This document shows positions 1 to 13,551 of a stretch of 64,000 nt of DNA, piece by piece; position 1 is the stretch's first letter; each line of letters starts with the position of its first letter. Both the position numbers and the translations under genes were made by a program. Source of the DNA: Girardia tigrina (taxonomy: Eukaryota); the NCBI GenBank assembly GCA_001938485.1, contig MQRK01226569.1:1-64000 (forward strand), in the 5' to 3' direction. The notes under the pieces were generated by a model. That model made no database searches. It had not been told where the DNA came from and saw only the letters and a list, made by a program, of their open reading frames with translations.

Positions 1-224
1 AAAATTCTGTATTTAATATGAAAAACATCAATTTATTATGAAAAATTCTGTATTTAATGTGGAAAAATATCAAATTATTATGAAAAATTCTGTTATTATT
101 TCAAAAATTTACCTTACAGCATTAGTGAGGCAGTGAGGCAGGCAGTGAGTGACTTGGGCTTTTATAATATAAAAAAATTGAACCCCCGGCAAGAGAGGGC
201 CGCGAAGCGGGCCGAGCGCGCTAG
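1..224 (+). mobile_element. 3' end of a non-autonomous Helitron/Helentron-like element (with an internal ~38-bp minisatellite at 1-95)
   Basis: GC-rich hairpin ccgc-gaa-gcgg followed by terminal CTAG|T. Near-identical copy at 16419-16533. Confidence 0.7.
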
Positions 225-229
225 TTATT

Positions 230-1130
230 TATAATGGTTATCATTCATCAATATGAGTATTATTACTATTATTTCTATTATTTAACCAGTGTTTTTTTTA
301 AGAAAATTATATAAAATGAAAGTAAATATATGTATTTAAAATTATATAAAATAAAGCTTCTCACTGTTAAAAATGCTAGAGGAAGGATGTTTGTTCAAAA
401 GTATAGTTATAGTCATCATTATTGTCAATATTATTAATATTAGTATTTGTCATTATTTAGTATTATTAAAATAATCTATTAATATATAATTATTGTCATT
501 ATCATTATCAATATTATATTATTATTGTTATTGATTATTATTATTCATATTATTATTATAATTTTTGTTGTTAGTCGTAATATTATTATTTATTATTATC
601 ATTGCTATTATTCATTGTTATTAAAAGGATCTATAATTATTGTTAGTTTTATGCAATATAATAAAAACAAAATAAAACAAATAAATGTATTTAAAAAAAA
701 ATTATCCTGCTCATCGGAGTCCTCGTCAACATCCTCATCGGCAATCGCGATCGGTGGAGGGGTGAATGAAAAATATATTAATATCATTATTATTATATCA
801 GTAAAATGTTTTTCATTATTATTATTGACTTTCATTTATTGTTGGTGAAAATATTATTAATATTATTATTGTTATTATAATTATTGCTATTATATATACG
901 GCGACACAAATTTTATTATTATTATTTTTATTGTGAAAATTATTTTTAATATTATAACCATATTTATTATCGTTACTGCTCCATGATATTATTATTATTA
1001 TTGTTTTTAATATAAAATAAAAAAAATTTTTATTATCATTATTATTATTCTACTATTATCATTATTAGTAATGTTATTTTTTTAATATTATTATTATTAT
1101 TGTGTTGATAGTCATACAATTATAATTTAG
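230..1130. repeat. (ATT)n-rich low-complexity region
   Basis: Degenerate ATT/TAT triplet runs; the poly-Ile ORFs here are compositional artefacts. Confidence 0.7.
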
Positions 1131-1534
1131 CGTTTATTTTCTAAAATTCATTTTTCTAAAATATTTCAAGTATATTTGATATCATCATTTTTTAAATATC
1201 ACTTATTTAAAATTTTAACATCAATCCTTATTCTTACTTTTAAAAATACTAATCCTGTTTAAACAACCGAATATTGTAAGTATAATAAAACACCAATTTT
1301 CCAATTGTATGGGAGAGTCACAATTCAAAATTTTATACTATCATATCACAAACATTTGGTCGCCGGTGACCCTTTAGTTGAACCCAACATTTTAATTTAA
1401 ATAAGAAAAATTAATTAAAGTAATTAAATTAAAGAAATCAAATTAAATAATTATTTAAAGTAAATTTAAATTAATTACAAATAAGTAAAATAAAAGCAAT
1501 TTAAATAAAAAAAAATAATTAAATTAAATATATT

Positions 1535-3447
1535 GTATCTATAAGTATATATTGTTATATATATAATCATCACGTTCATAAGGTCTTGTGATGATTTATT
1601 GTCGCCAGTTTGATCTTTTGCCGCTTCGAAAACGATTGTTATTTCAAAGGAATATCGATTTTCGACTGCCGGGAGATCGTTCTGTCGATCGATTTATCGG
1701 AACTCGATTCAACGAGAGAATCATCACTGTCTGAGTCGACAATAAATTTACTCAATTTTGAATCGATATATTTTAAGGTGATTTTCGACTTTGTTGACGA
1801 ACTAATTCTGTGAAAGCATCGAAATCGTTTTCGGAACTTATTCATTATTGACGAAAATATGGTTAAATTTAAATCACTGATTTAAAATCAGATTGTAAAC
1901 AATTTGAATTTCGTTATTTACAATTCAATTTGAATGAACCAATTGAGTCTGAATTATGAGTGTGTTGCGTGTGGATTATCTGTAATGGGTTTGTGTGTGT
2001 AAAAATGAATAATGTAAATGTGTTTCTGTGAATTTTAATTAGTTAAAAAATTGTATATGTATGTAAAGACTTTTGATAAAAATTTATCACAATTTTGCGT
2101 AACAAAAAAATACTTGAATTATTTTTGTTTAAATTTATCAAATGATTATTGTTTGATACGTGACTAAAAGGCCCAATTTCAAATTTTTAGTGAATTAAAA
2201 AGCAGTGGTGTAAAAATATTTAATCACAACAAAAAATAGTGAATTTGTTTAAATACAAATATGTTCTCTTTCGTCTCGTTAAATTCGTTCAAAAGGGAAA
2301 TTTGAAAAAAGCTTTGTCTGAAATATGAATTTTTCCCTGATTAAATTAGTTGTTGTTTTTACCAAATCAAAAATAGAGTCATTACAAATGGATAATTCAA
2401 AAATCGAAGAATTAAAGCTCCATGAATCATTGGAAAGTTCTCTAATCAAAGTCCTATCTCATAATTCGAATTGATTGATCAATTCGTCTCCGAGTTGTAT
2501 AGTTCTAGAAGTATTTGATGAAAATAAAGAGAATTCCGAGATGGTTCGACATTCGAAAAAGGTCAAATAGAAATTTTCGTTCAGTCAAGATATATGAACA
2601 ATGTCAACGAAAAGAAAGTCAATACCGCTACTTTTAACTCTATCGTTGGAGCCTAAAAAACAGCAAAATAAAAAGTCTATTCAGACTTTAGGAAAAACAT
2701 CTGCCTTTGGTATGGAAAAAGGTTCGATAACTAATGTTCAAAAATGTACAGATTCCAAGGGTTCTAAAAATGCTTTAAAAGGAAATCAAGAAACAAATAT
2801 TAAAACCGAACTTGACATGGACTATTGCCAATATGTACAAAGTTTTTAAATCAAAAACTTTTTTAATAATGCTATTAATGTTCAAAAATCTCCAAGTCAG
2901 CCAGGAGACTAAAAATGGTGATATTGATGTCCTGAAGTTCTTTTCGGATTTGAATAAGGATGTACTTAAAATGAATAATTTGATAAAAACAGTTCGAAAA
3001 TTTGAAGAAACTGAACTTCAATATAAAATCAAATAAATATATCTCATCTTCCTCTGAGATACAACAGCATTTATAAATAAAAATATTCTTACACTTAATT
3101 TTTCGAATTTATTTGTTTAGGTTGTTGTTAATTTTGGTTACATTTTAGATGGTAGTGATTTGGTTGTTGTTTCACAGGTGACTTTTTTGTTTTATTAAAT
3201 CGTTTGAAGCTTTGGAAAAAATAATTTTATTATTTTAAATTGGTCTTCAATAAAAAAAAGTCTGAAAAGGTTTTTCATGATTCGAATGTTTATTCTCTTA
3301 AAATATAACTCTATGAAAACATTCTTGTGAAAGTTTCACTATTATAAATTTAAAGTTATTTTCATAATTCAAAAATAATTGGTTTTCAATTTATTTTTCG
3401 ATTATTCAGAATTAATATTCCTTATGATTATTTCAATATTTTTAGAA
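1535..3447 (+). repeat. Unclassified ~1.9-kb dispersed repeat, copy 1
   Basis: Colinear with the reverse complement of 22996-24912, sharing ORF remnants FRKRFRCFHRISSSTKSK and MDNSKIEELKLHESLE. Confidence 0.85.
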
Positions 3448-3694
3448 AAATAATAAACATTTAATTAGAATATCCGTGTTAATATAATTTGAATTAAATT
3501 TTAATAAAATAATTACTCATTATTTTAATCATTAAACGGATGACTTTTTAATAATATTTTTTTAATAATTTACTTTAAATAGATACAAAAAAATAATTAC
3601 CTCAATATTTTTAATTGCGTTTTGTGTTTCTATAGAAATGTAACTTTGTATATAAACGAGTATTAAAATTTCACAAAGATCAGAATCATTAAAA

Positions 3695-4102
3695 ATGACT
3701 ATTAAAATTTATATATTGTTATATATTTTGTCTTTGGCATCCTTGTATTGGACCCAAGATGTGAATCCAGACTTGAATGAAGATTGGAACCCCTTTGTGA
3801 GAAAGTTCGGCAAGAGTTATGCAAACCAAACGAAAGAAACTCGTCGTCGTAGATCTTGGGAAAGAAATATAAAATTAATTGAAAAACATAATCTTGAATA
3901 TTATCTCGGTCAAAAATCGTATTCGATGGGTATAAATAAGTTCTCCGACATGACGCAAGAAGAATTTGCGGCGATATATTTACGTTCGAACATCACCGTG
4001 ACACTACCAAATGATACGTCGACGGTTAAACTAAAAAGTCTGTCACTACCGTATAGCGTCGAGTGGAACAAGCAAGGATATGTGACCCCCGTGAAATATC
4101 AA
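3695..4102 (+). CDS. Cathepsin L-like paralog A, exon 1 (signal peptide, I29 prodomain, start of mature enzyme)
   Basis: Signal peptide, ERFNIN-like ETRRRRSWERNIKLIEKHN, GINKFSD, SVEWNKQGYVTPVKYQ, then GT donor at 4103. 408 nt, same length as exon 1 of paralog C. TATATAAA at 3649-3656. Confidence 0.9.
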
Positions 4103-4455
4103 GTATATTTTGATTAAAATGGCATTTAAATTGATATGATTGATTAATATTAAAAGCTAACAAATTAAAAAATTCTAAAGTATTTATTTAATTATTTATT
4201 AAATTTTATTTTTGAAAAAAAATTATGTTATTTTAATTCTAGAATAATTAAAGGGAATAATCAGATTCTTTACATTTTATCCATATGATCACAAAATTTC
4301 GATTTTAAAACGCATTCTTAAAAAGGAAAAATAAATAATAATAATAATTAATTACACAATCTTTAAAAGATTAATAATATTATCTTTAAAATAAAATGTC
4401 TGATTTGTAAATATGAAGAGAACTTCGTATATATCTAATATATATTTATATTTAG

Positions 4456-4674
4456 GGAAACTGTGGGCCTTGTTGGGCATTTTCTGCTGTGGGAGCACTG
4501 GAGAGTCAATATTACAAGAAAACGAATACCCAACTTCGGTTTTCAGAACAACAGCTTGTTGACTGCAATTCCTCGAATTACGGATGTAACGGAGGATGGA
4601 TGACTCGCGCTTTTCAATACGTTACCAATACAGGAGGAATTCAAATGGAATCAGATTATCCATATGAAGCAAGG
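4456..4674 (+). CDS. Cathepsin L-like paralog A, exon 2 (catalytic Cys region); later exons not found on the + strand
   Basis: tttag|[10 protein letters not shown]...SEQQLVDC...GCNGG...YPYEAR|gtaatt. 219 nt, phase 0. Confidence 0.9.
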
Positions 4675-5099
4675 GTAATTATTTATTTCTATTTGAATTT
4701 GATAATTTCCATAAGTACATTAAAGAATACATAAAAAACTATTTACGTATTTATTAATTTAAAATGCGCTGTAAATAAGAGAAATAAATAAGAGAAAGAT
4801 TAATGCACTTTGTGTTTAGTAAAAAATTATTTATGGAGAGAAAGAACACTAAATTTATAAATTTTAACTATTTACTCTTTTGTTTGGGATTGAGTAAGTG
4901 AAATATTGCAAAATAACAATTGTTTTGATATATAAATGATATTCTATAATAAAATCTATACCTTTAATAAAACAAAATTAAATTAAAAAATTAATTAATC
5001 TTGGTTTTGTTTTGACTGTTCCTTACTCTGAGGGTTTCAGGAAATTCAAAAACTCTATTATGAAACATTATGAAAATAATTTATTAAATGTAAAAATTA

Positions 5100-5590
5100 T
5101 ATCTAGAACATATAAGATAGGAAATTTGTTTACAATAAATCTGTCACTCCAACTGGTTTATGCTCAAATTTAGTTGATCAATATAAATGCAATGGGTGTG
5201 ACGCCACATACATCGGAGAGACTTGTCGTCATCTCTGTAAACGAATTCAGGAACATAATCGCAGGGAAAGTGATAGCAATATTGCTCAACATAAGAAGAA
5301 CTGTTTGAATAGTAAAGTTGATGTAAGTAATTTTAAAATTTTGTGTTCACAATTTGATAATTACTAGGAGAGGGTGATGTGTGAAGCATTGTTGATCAAA
5401 TCCTTTGATCCTAAAATCAATGTCCAAACACCATCCTCTTCAACTTTATTGAAAGTATTTTCATGATTCAAATTGCATGATAATTACTTAAACATTGCTT
5501 TGATATATAAACGCAAGTATATCATTGTTAATTCAGTCTGATGATGACGGTTGATCCGTCAAAATTAATAACAATATCTTCTGATGAAAA
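5100..5590 (+). mobile_element. Penelope-like element 3' fragment (GIY-YIG endonuclease remnant plus 3' pLTR)
   Basis: Translation QYKCNGCDATYIGETCRHLCKRIQEH...EALLIKSFDPKINVQ; homologous to 46065-46370. Confidence 0.85.
5524..5575 (+). ncRNA. Minimal type I hammerhead ribozyme, probably inactive (G12A)
   Basis: CUGAUGA-U, stem II gacgg/ccguc, AAAA in place of GAAA, UUAA palindrome, UA; stem I gt/ac with a possible attgt/acaat extension. Confidence 0.7.
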
Positions 5591-5814
5591 TTTTTTGTTT
5601 TTGAAAACATAAAAAATATATAATAAAACTATTTTTTCTTTTTATAAATTAAAAAAATAAGTTAACAGAAATTACTATAAATTCAGTTTATTTATCTGTT
5701 TATATTATAAAAACAAAAAGGTAAATTTCGGAACACGGCATTTTTTAAAATAATTATCATTCTATAAAATAGTAAGAAAATCAGTCATAATCAAATAATT
5801 ATTAAAACAACGTT

Positions 5815-6831
5815 TTATCTTACTTCTCTTTTAGTTATAATTTAGGATGCGCTTCAACCATTCAATTCCTCTTGGTTTTGGTTTTCCTGGAAAGTTAATC
5901 AACACTTGATGTGGACTTAAAAATTCAAGAATTTGAAAAGGACCATCATATCTGTTTCCATTTGTCTTCATATTGTGAGGTTCTTTCTTTATTAAAACTT
6001 TTTCACCGATCTGAAAATCTCGTCTGTATCTTCTGCTTGCTTATGAAATTCGAAGTTTGTCTGCCGTATTTCCTGATTCACATTTCGTTTCCAAAATTAT
6101 TCTCTCGTGATCAGTCCTGCTTAATGGTGGTAACCCATTTAAATTACTTTCCTCCAAAACACAATTTAGTTGAGCTCTGATATGTTGCGTTTATTGAAAA
6201 CTCTATTTTTTGAATCATCTTCTCCCACGCTATTTTTTCTTTCTTACTCATCAAAGATGTAACCAAAACATCTCGTACCGTTGGAATGGCTCGCTCTACT
6301 AATCCATTTGCTTGATGTTGATACGGAGAAGTAAATTCTTATTTAATTCCAAATTTTTCTGTTAGTTTCCTTAAAATAGCTCCTTCAAATACTCGGCCTC
6401 GGTCTGACAATATAGATTTAGGCTTCCCAAACTTGTAAAGCCAGTGATCTTTTATAGCTTGTGCAACACTCAATTCATCTTGTTTTGTCAAAGGTACAAG
6501 ACTCACTAGTTTGCTGAAACGGTCTATCATCACAAGTAAATATTTGTACCTGGATTTTAATTCTGAGAAGTATGCTACATCAATTATCATTTGTTCAAGC
6601 AGCCCAATATCTTCTCGTGGTATCAATAACTATTTTGTACGCCCCGAATATGTTTTCCTTTTTGCACAGATTTCACATCTCTGTACCATGAGTTCGATAG
6701 TTTTACTCATGTTTGGCTAATAATAGCTTTCCTGAACATATTCAACTAACTTTTTGCTTCCAAGATGACACAACTCCTCGTGAATATACTGGGTTAACTT
6801 CTCTGTATAATTTTCTGGGACTAATATATGC
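5815..6831 (-). mobile_element. Ty3/Gypsy integrase fragment (element A), decayed
   Basis: HEELCHLG...C..C zinc-binding remnant, IDVAYF, LLVMIDRFSK, ILSDRG, SPYQHQANG. Confidence 0.9.
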
Positions 6832-6948
6832 AGTAAGAACACAATCGAAATCCATCAAGAATAAATATATTTAAATTCTAACACAAATAATCAAATATTA
6901 AAACAACAACAATAATTGAATATTAAAATAACATTCAATTATCCAACT
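6832..6948 (-). repeat. Short (117-bp) 3' LTR of Gypsy element B, AGT...ACT termini
   Basis: Directly follows a polypurine tract (minus-strand aaagaggcgga, 6949-6959) after the integrase stop. The same sequence recurs as a solo LTR at 45019-45246. Confidence 0.75.
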
Positions 6949-9480
6949 TCCGCCTCTTTAATTTGAAGGTCTTGTATACTTTTTCAACCATTCAATGTGG
7001 CGCGGTTTCAAGGATCTTGGATACTTCAGAACCACTTGATAAGGAGTGAGGAATTTTACAATTTTATATGGCCCTTCATATCTGAATCCTTCTTTCCTCA
7101 ATTTGTGAGGTTCCACCTTTACTAATACTTCCTCTCCCACCTGAAAAATCCGATGTCCTCGGTTTTCGTCATCTTGCATCTGTAATCGATAGGCAGACTT
7201 AGAAATATGTTCAACTGTCATCGGATTTGATTGTGTATGGGGTAATCTATTGAATGTACCATGTAAATTCAGCTTCTGTCTAAATAGAACCTCAAATGGA
7301 GTACATCCGATAGAGCTTTGCCGAGTTGTATTCAGAAGAAATTCAATTTTTGGAAGTAGTTCTTTCCAATCTAGAGAATCATTTTGAGACGGACTAGAAG
7401 TAACTACCATATCGCGCAATGAACGAATCGTGCGCTTTGCTAATCCATTGAATTGATGTTGGTATTGAGACGAAAATTCTTGAGTTATATTGAAGGTTTA
7501 CACATCTCCCGCAACTTGATGCCTTCAAAAGTTTTTCCCCTGTCTGATAAAAATGATCTGGGTTTCCCGAATCGATAAATCCATCTATTTTTAATAGCAG
7601 CAATCAACGTGTTTTCATCTTGATTACGAACTGGTACCAATACAACGACCTGGCTAAATCTATCAACCATCACAAGTACATATTTCTTTCCGTTTTAGAA
7701 GTTAAAAAGTGCAATATCCATTACAACTTCTTCAAATAATGTTTTATCATCTCGAGGTAAAAATATCTCCTTAGATGGTGTTGTTAGTACCTTTCGTTTG
7801 CACAAATAACACATTCTCTAGAAATATTCTCGATTGTATGTCGCATTTGTAGCCAGAAATAAATATCCAGCATATATTCATACAACTTCTTATATCCTAT
7901 GTGACATAAATCTTGATGAATGTACTTAATTAATCGATGTTGAGCAGCTTCTGGAACAACAACGCGTTTTATATGTCCATCCCCATAGCACAGCAATTCA
8001 TCTAATATCAAGTGATTAATGTGTTCCCACGAGGGACCTTGTGACTGATCTATTGAAGTTGGTTCATTAAGTTCTAATGAAGTAATAATTTCCAGAATAT
8101 TTTTATCTTCTTGTTGGATGTCCTTGACATGGTGGAGATCCATAGTGCTACAAGTGTTTAAATACTTTACTTTACTCTTACTTGTTTTAGCTCCGACATG
8201 TTTCGTCATACATTGAGCGCACAATGCTTCTGACAATCTTGAGATCCCATCTGCATTTGAATGTTCTGATCCTTTCCTGTACTGCAAGTCATATTGAAAA
8301 CCCGACAGATCTTCAATCCATGTCTGAAATTGAGAACTGAGTGGTTTGCTTGTCTGGGACATAAATAAAAGTGCTGTATGATCGGTACGAGCCAAGAACT
8401 TTTTTCCATATAAATAATGCTTGAAATGCAGCATGTAATCTCTTAATGCTAGCAATTCCTTTCTGGTAACACAGTAGCCCTTTTCGTGCTCACTCAGGAT
8501 TCTCGATCCGTAAGCTATCACGCGTTCCGATCCATCTTCTTGAATTTGAATAGAAGAGAAGCTGGCATCTGTATCTAGGCACCATGTTTTGGTTAATATT
8601 AGGGAAGCATAATACCGGACTTGTAGAAAGACACTTTTTAAGTTCATCAAAACTGTCTGCACACTCCTGTGACCAATAAAATTTCTCTTTAGCGGCACTN
8701 GCCGCATATAAAGGCTTTGATATTTTAGCAAAATCTTTGATAAATCGCCGGTAGTAATTGGAAAGACCCAAGAAAGAACGCAATTGAGTTGCAAATTTTG
8801 GAACCGGTGCTTCATTAATCGATTTGATTTTATCCTCACATGTTTCTATTCCTTTGCTGCTTACAACATGTCCTAAAAATCTAAACTTCAAACTCCTTCA
8901 AACGGCACTTCTGAGGATTGATTTTAAGACCGGCACTTGCAATACGACTAAAAACTTCCTCAAGCAGAACATCATGATTCTTCTCAGAGGAACTGTACAC
9001 TAAAATATCATCCAAATACACAATAACTCCTTTATACAACATATCGTGAAATATTTGATGCATTAAAGCTTGAAAAGTTGCTGGAGCAGTGCACAATCCA
9101 AAAGGTAAGCGATTGAAGAAACATTGCCCAATTTTGGTACTCAAAGCGGTTTTTAATTTTGACTCCTGTCAACTCCACTTGGTAGTAAGCACTACCCAAG
9201 TCGATAGAAGAGAACATAACTGCTCCACTCAGTGCATCCAAAAGGCCGTAGATATCTGGCTCCGGAAATGTGAATTTTTCTGTGATTGCGTTTGATGGTC
9301 GGAAATCCAAGCACATTCGAATATTATTGTCCTTTTTCTTTACTACTACCAGCTGAGAGTTCCATGGACTTTGAGACGGCTTTATGACTTGATTTTCTAA
9401 TAACTGCTTTATCAGGATATTCACTTTAGTTTCCAAATGTAGAGGTAATCTTCTCTGATTTATGGCCACTGGTGAACTAG
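6949..9480 (-). mobile_element. Ty3/Gypsy pol (RT, RNase H, integrase) of element B, frameshifted; abuts and probably interrupts element A
   Basis: SPWNS, RMCLDFR, LPFGLCTAPATFQ, YLDD, FLGHVVS, TDAS-like LDTDAS, RTDH, IDRFS-like MVDRFS, GPY motif. Confidence 0.93.
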
Positions 9481-10074
9481 TTAAACTCTGAGCACATTTC
9501 TTGTTCGTCTTTTATCTATTGAATTGTAGACTGAATCACCACTGTATTGATGTGTTTCACCCTTGCTTTTGTTGATTATAATCCTCATCATGTAGATATA
9601 TGTGCTAAAACATAATATAACTGAACTAAAACAGTGAAACTTGACCATATATTCTATGGATAAGCGTTACATACCGTCTTCGTGATTTCTTCATCATTAA
9701 TTGATTGGTATTTCAATTACACTGTGTTTCATACCGTGAACCACTAGATATAAAAGATAACCTTTAATGAGACTAAATTATTTGACAAATATGTGGTCAC
9801 AATTATTAAAAATATTCTGAAAGTATGACATATTATTTCTATCTTGAGATCAAAATAGGGTCATGTTATTGTTTAATAAAAATAAATAACAACATGATGA
9901 CAGAGGATTTCTCCAGATAAACATCATGATTACAGACACAGAATTACTTTCATTTATAATTTTCATTTTTTCGACTTAATTTGGAATAAAGATTTTGAAC
10001 AAAAGTCAATCTTTATAAAAAATCAATTTTTAGTGTTTAAACTTTATTTAAGTGGGACTGGGAGATATGTGCTT

Positions 10075-10310
10075 GTATGAGTATATACCTCTCACCTTCT
10101 CGATGAGTCCTCATCGCAGTCATGATTAACCAACCAAACTCGAGAAGGGGGGGCTCTCAGCAAGGGCTTGCAATCCATGAGTTCACATCTTAAAATCCAA
10201 TGTAACGAAAAATTTGTAGAGAACACTGATATCGCTCTTGCTTTAAAGTTCTGTACATGGAATGTGAGTCGTTTCGATGATTGGAAAATATTAGGTATTG
10301 CAAAGACTTT
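10075..10310 (+). mobile_element. 5' remnant of an APE-type (RTE-like) LINE
   Basis: GC-richer leader followed by LKFCTWNV, the start motif of the APE endonuclease. Confidence 0.45.
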
Positions 10311-10424
10311 AAAAAAACTTAAATTCTGACGAAAAATAATAAAATAAATAAATTAAATTAATAATTAAATAAAAAAATTAAATTAATAAAATTTCAAAAT
10401 ATACTTAAATTATTATTTTAATCA

Positions 10425-10935
10425 CAGAAAATGAAAATGAACCTACTCATTATTCGGTTCGAATTCAGAATTGGTAGGGTCAGTGTGGAGAAATAGCGAT
10501 CGGAATTAAATATGATTGTTTATCTGGATTAAATACTTGCGGGAACTTTGAGCCGGTGGATTTTCGTTCGGAAAAATAAATCTTTGCCATCAGCTTTGAC
10601 TTATCAGTCAGTTTTCCATTACAGTTATGGCATGCAGAAAATGTCTTTAATTTTATGTAGAAAGTAAAATATGAAGATCGTGTTTTCAAAAATTCCTTAT
10701 GTTGACGAATGGTGAAACCATTAGGAGAAAAAGGAAATATGTGTATTTTAACGAAAAACTAATAGCTTTTTTAATAGACCGAGAAAATAGAAATCCAGAA
10801 ACATATATTTTGGAATTGGCTGGTTTTCTTTATTATTATTAAATCGTTTTTCGACGTTTTTTATGATGTCATACTTTTTCGACCTTTTTAAATGTTTTTT
10901 TCGACGTTTATTTTCGGTGTTCTAACGTGCCACGC
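10425..10935. repeat. Non-autonomous DNA-transposon-like repeat (MULE-like end), copy 1
   Basis: Shared with 16748-17082; ends in tttcgacgttt subterminal repeats and aacgt.ccacg. Confidence 0.6.
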
Positions 10936-12317
10936 TTCTTAGTACATGTAAACAACATGGGTAAGGTTAAAGATATTCAATTGAAACACATTTATGACTG
11001 TGGTTCTGATCACGATTGCGTAGTTTTGTACCTGATAAAATATAAAACAACACGTACGACTTGGAAACATTAAACAAAACTGTCTAAGAACGCTCAGAAA
11101 GATTTTGTGTTCACGTACCGAGAAAATATGTCGATCAAATTTCAACGAATCATTTTTGATGCTTAATCCGGATGGAATAATATAGAGAATGTAATTACTA
11201 CATTACTGGACAGGTACCGGAGGGTGACGAGCCTCCCCATTTTAAAGGAAATTTGTTACATGAACACAAGAAAAATCATCAAAAGATGATGATTTACTAA
11301 TAATATAGCTGATTTTCCTAATAGAACAGTGTAAAGTTTATAATCATAATATTACATGTATAGTAAGTAGTAATCAATCTTCTGAAAGGATACACTTTAA
11401 AAATTATTGCGTGTTGTTTGAAATATAAATTTTGTGGAATTTTTAGTGTTTTATTTCGATAATTTGAATTATTTTTCAAAATAATAATTTAGTTATTTTT
11501 TATTTTGTGTATCGAAAATATTTTTTATGAAATAAATTTATTAAATTTATATTGCGAAATTTGAAACCGCGACAAATTCAATTACGACAAATTGAATGCG
11601 ACAAAGTGATTGGACACCGTCATTATTAAATAAACATATTTTGTAAAAGTGTGATGAATCTCGCGGGCCATGAGTTGGTCACTCCTGCTTTAAACGATAA
11701 AATTATTAAATAAACTAAAAAGACATTTTTTATTAATAATGATTTTAAAATAGTGACGCTAATTTATGATGTTAATTTATCAATTAAGATTAATATCAAA
11801 TGTAAATATATCAAATAAACAAGTTTGGAAGATTTAAAATTTACAGTCAAACATAATGAGCCCAACGCAGTTAGAGGATGTAGGAACATTATCCCCAATG
11901 CCCCAGTCAGTCTTCTCTCCAGTTCTCACTCAAATTCATAAATCATTCAAGCATCATTAAAATGCACGTCACAAATTAAAAATAATTAATTGATCTATAA
12001 GATATTTAATTATTTTTAATTTCCAGAAAAATATTAGAGTCAATATTATCACAACTAGTGTGATTAAATAAAAATAATGTGATTATATAATAAATATATA
12101 GATAACATAACATATTATTACAAAATTTGGAATGATTTCCTAGTAAAAAAGCTTCTCTCGACTGTGACACATAACTGTGAATACATATGAAAGTTCTTTA
12201 TTTTGCATTAACACAAGGTAGTTAATAAGGGACTCTATATCGGGTGGCAACCTCTAAAATGCAAGAGATTTTAATCGTCTAATATGGCTTTGGATGCAAA
12301 AGTTCGAGCCTTATATA

Positions 12318-13551
12318 TTAAGGTTATGCATAACGTCTCGACGTTTTTATTAGATATTCATAGACGAGTTACAATATAATGATTAAGATTTAATTATCAA
12401 AATATTCCCCATTTGAATCTATTACCTTTTGTCATTTTTTCTGGCAAAAGATGAATACCCCTAGTATAAAATCATTCATCCTTGGAATCGAGGAACTCTT
12501 CTATGTAATGTCTGACCTCATCGCTATTTTTGAAGTGTCTGCCAGCCAGGGTATGTTGAAATGATCGGAAAAGATAGTAATACAATGGTGCAAGGTCTGG
12601 TGAGTAAGTTGCGCGAGAGAGAACTTGCCAGCCCAACTGCAATATTGCTTCTTTCGTTGCCGAAGCAACATGAGGTCTTGCATTATCGTGGAGCAGTATG
12701 ATCTGCTTACTATCCTGGCAGGTTAATCGTCTTTTTGCCTCGATTTCTTGTACTAAGCGCAATAATTGATCACTATATTGTTGTGCAGTGACTGTTTGAC
12801 TAGATTTCAATAGTTCATAATAGAGAGGTGCCAAAGAATCCCACCAGATGCATAAAAGGACTTTATGTTCATGAATATTTTGTTTCGGTGTTGATTTAGT
12901 TGTCTGACCTGGATCTAACCATGATTCTTTGTGCTCTGGATTGTCGAAGTAAATCCACTTCTCATCTCCGGTCACGATTCTCCATAGGAATGATTTCTTT
13001 TTGTGGCGGGCAAGGAGCGATATGCATGTTGTTAAGCGCTGGTTTGTGTTGCGCTCGGATAATTGATGTGGGACCCATTTTCCAACCTTCTAGATCTTTC
13101 CCATAGCTTTCAATCTTCTTACCACTGTTGATTGATTGATTCATCCAAGCTTCTTGGCAAGAATTGTGGTCGATTGGGTGGCATCTTTGTTAAGAAGTGT
13201 CTGTAGGTCTTCCTCGGTGTTTTCTTTTGGGCGTCCACTTCTTACTTTATCCTGGAAATCTTTCTCACCATTTCTGAACTTTATAAACCATTTGCGACAC
13301 GTTGATGCACCAATAGTTCCTTCGCCAAAAAGTTTGGTAAATCCTTTGTTTTGCTTCGACAGGGGATTTACCTAAATCAAACATGAATAATAAGCAATGT
13401 CTGATTTGATTTTTATCTTCAGCTATTTTAGACGAATCAATTAAAATATAATCAATTTTAAATATAATCAATTAAAATAAACTGTATTTTAATATAAATA
13501 TAATTTTAAGCGCCATCTATATCAGCGTCGAGAACTTATGCATAACCCTAA
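12318..13551 (-). mobile_element. Full-length decayed mariner element (1234 bp)
   Basis: TIRs ttaaggttatgcataa / ttatgcataaccctaa flanked by TA on both sides; transposase motifs TGDEKW, HDNARPH, YSPDLAP; frameshifted. Confidence 0.93.

Noticed and set aside
525-848. Hydrophobic ORFs on both strands
   Set aside because: Products of (ATT)n low-complexity sequence.
10050-10140. Possible HDV-like ribozyme at an RTE 5' end
   Set aside because: I could not build the nested double pseudoknot by eye.
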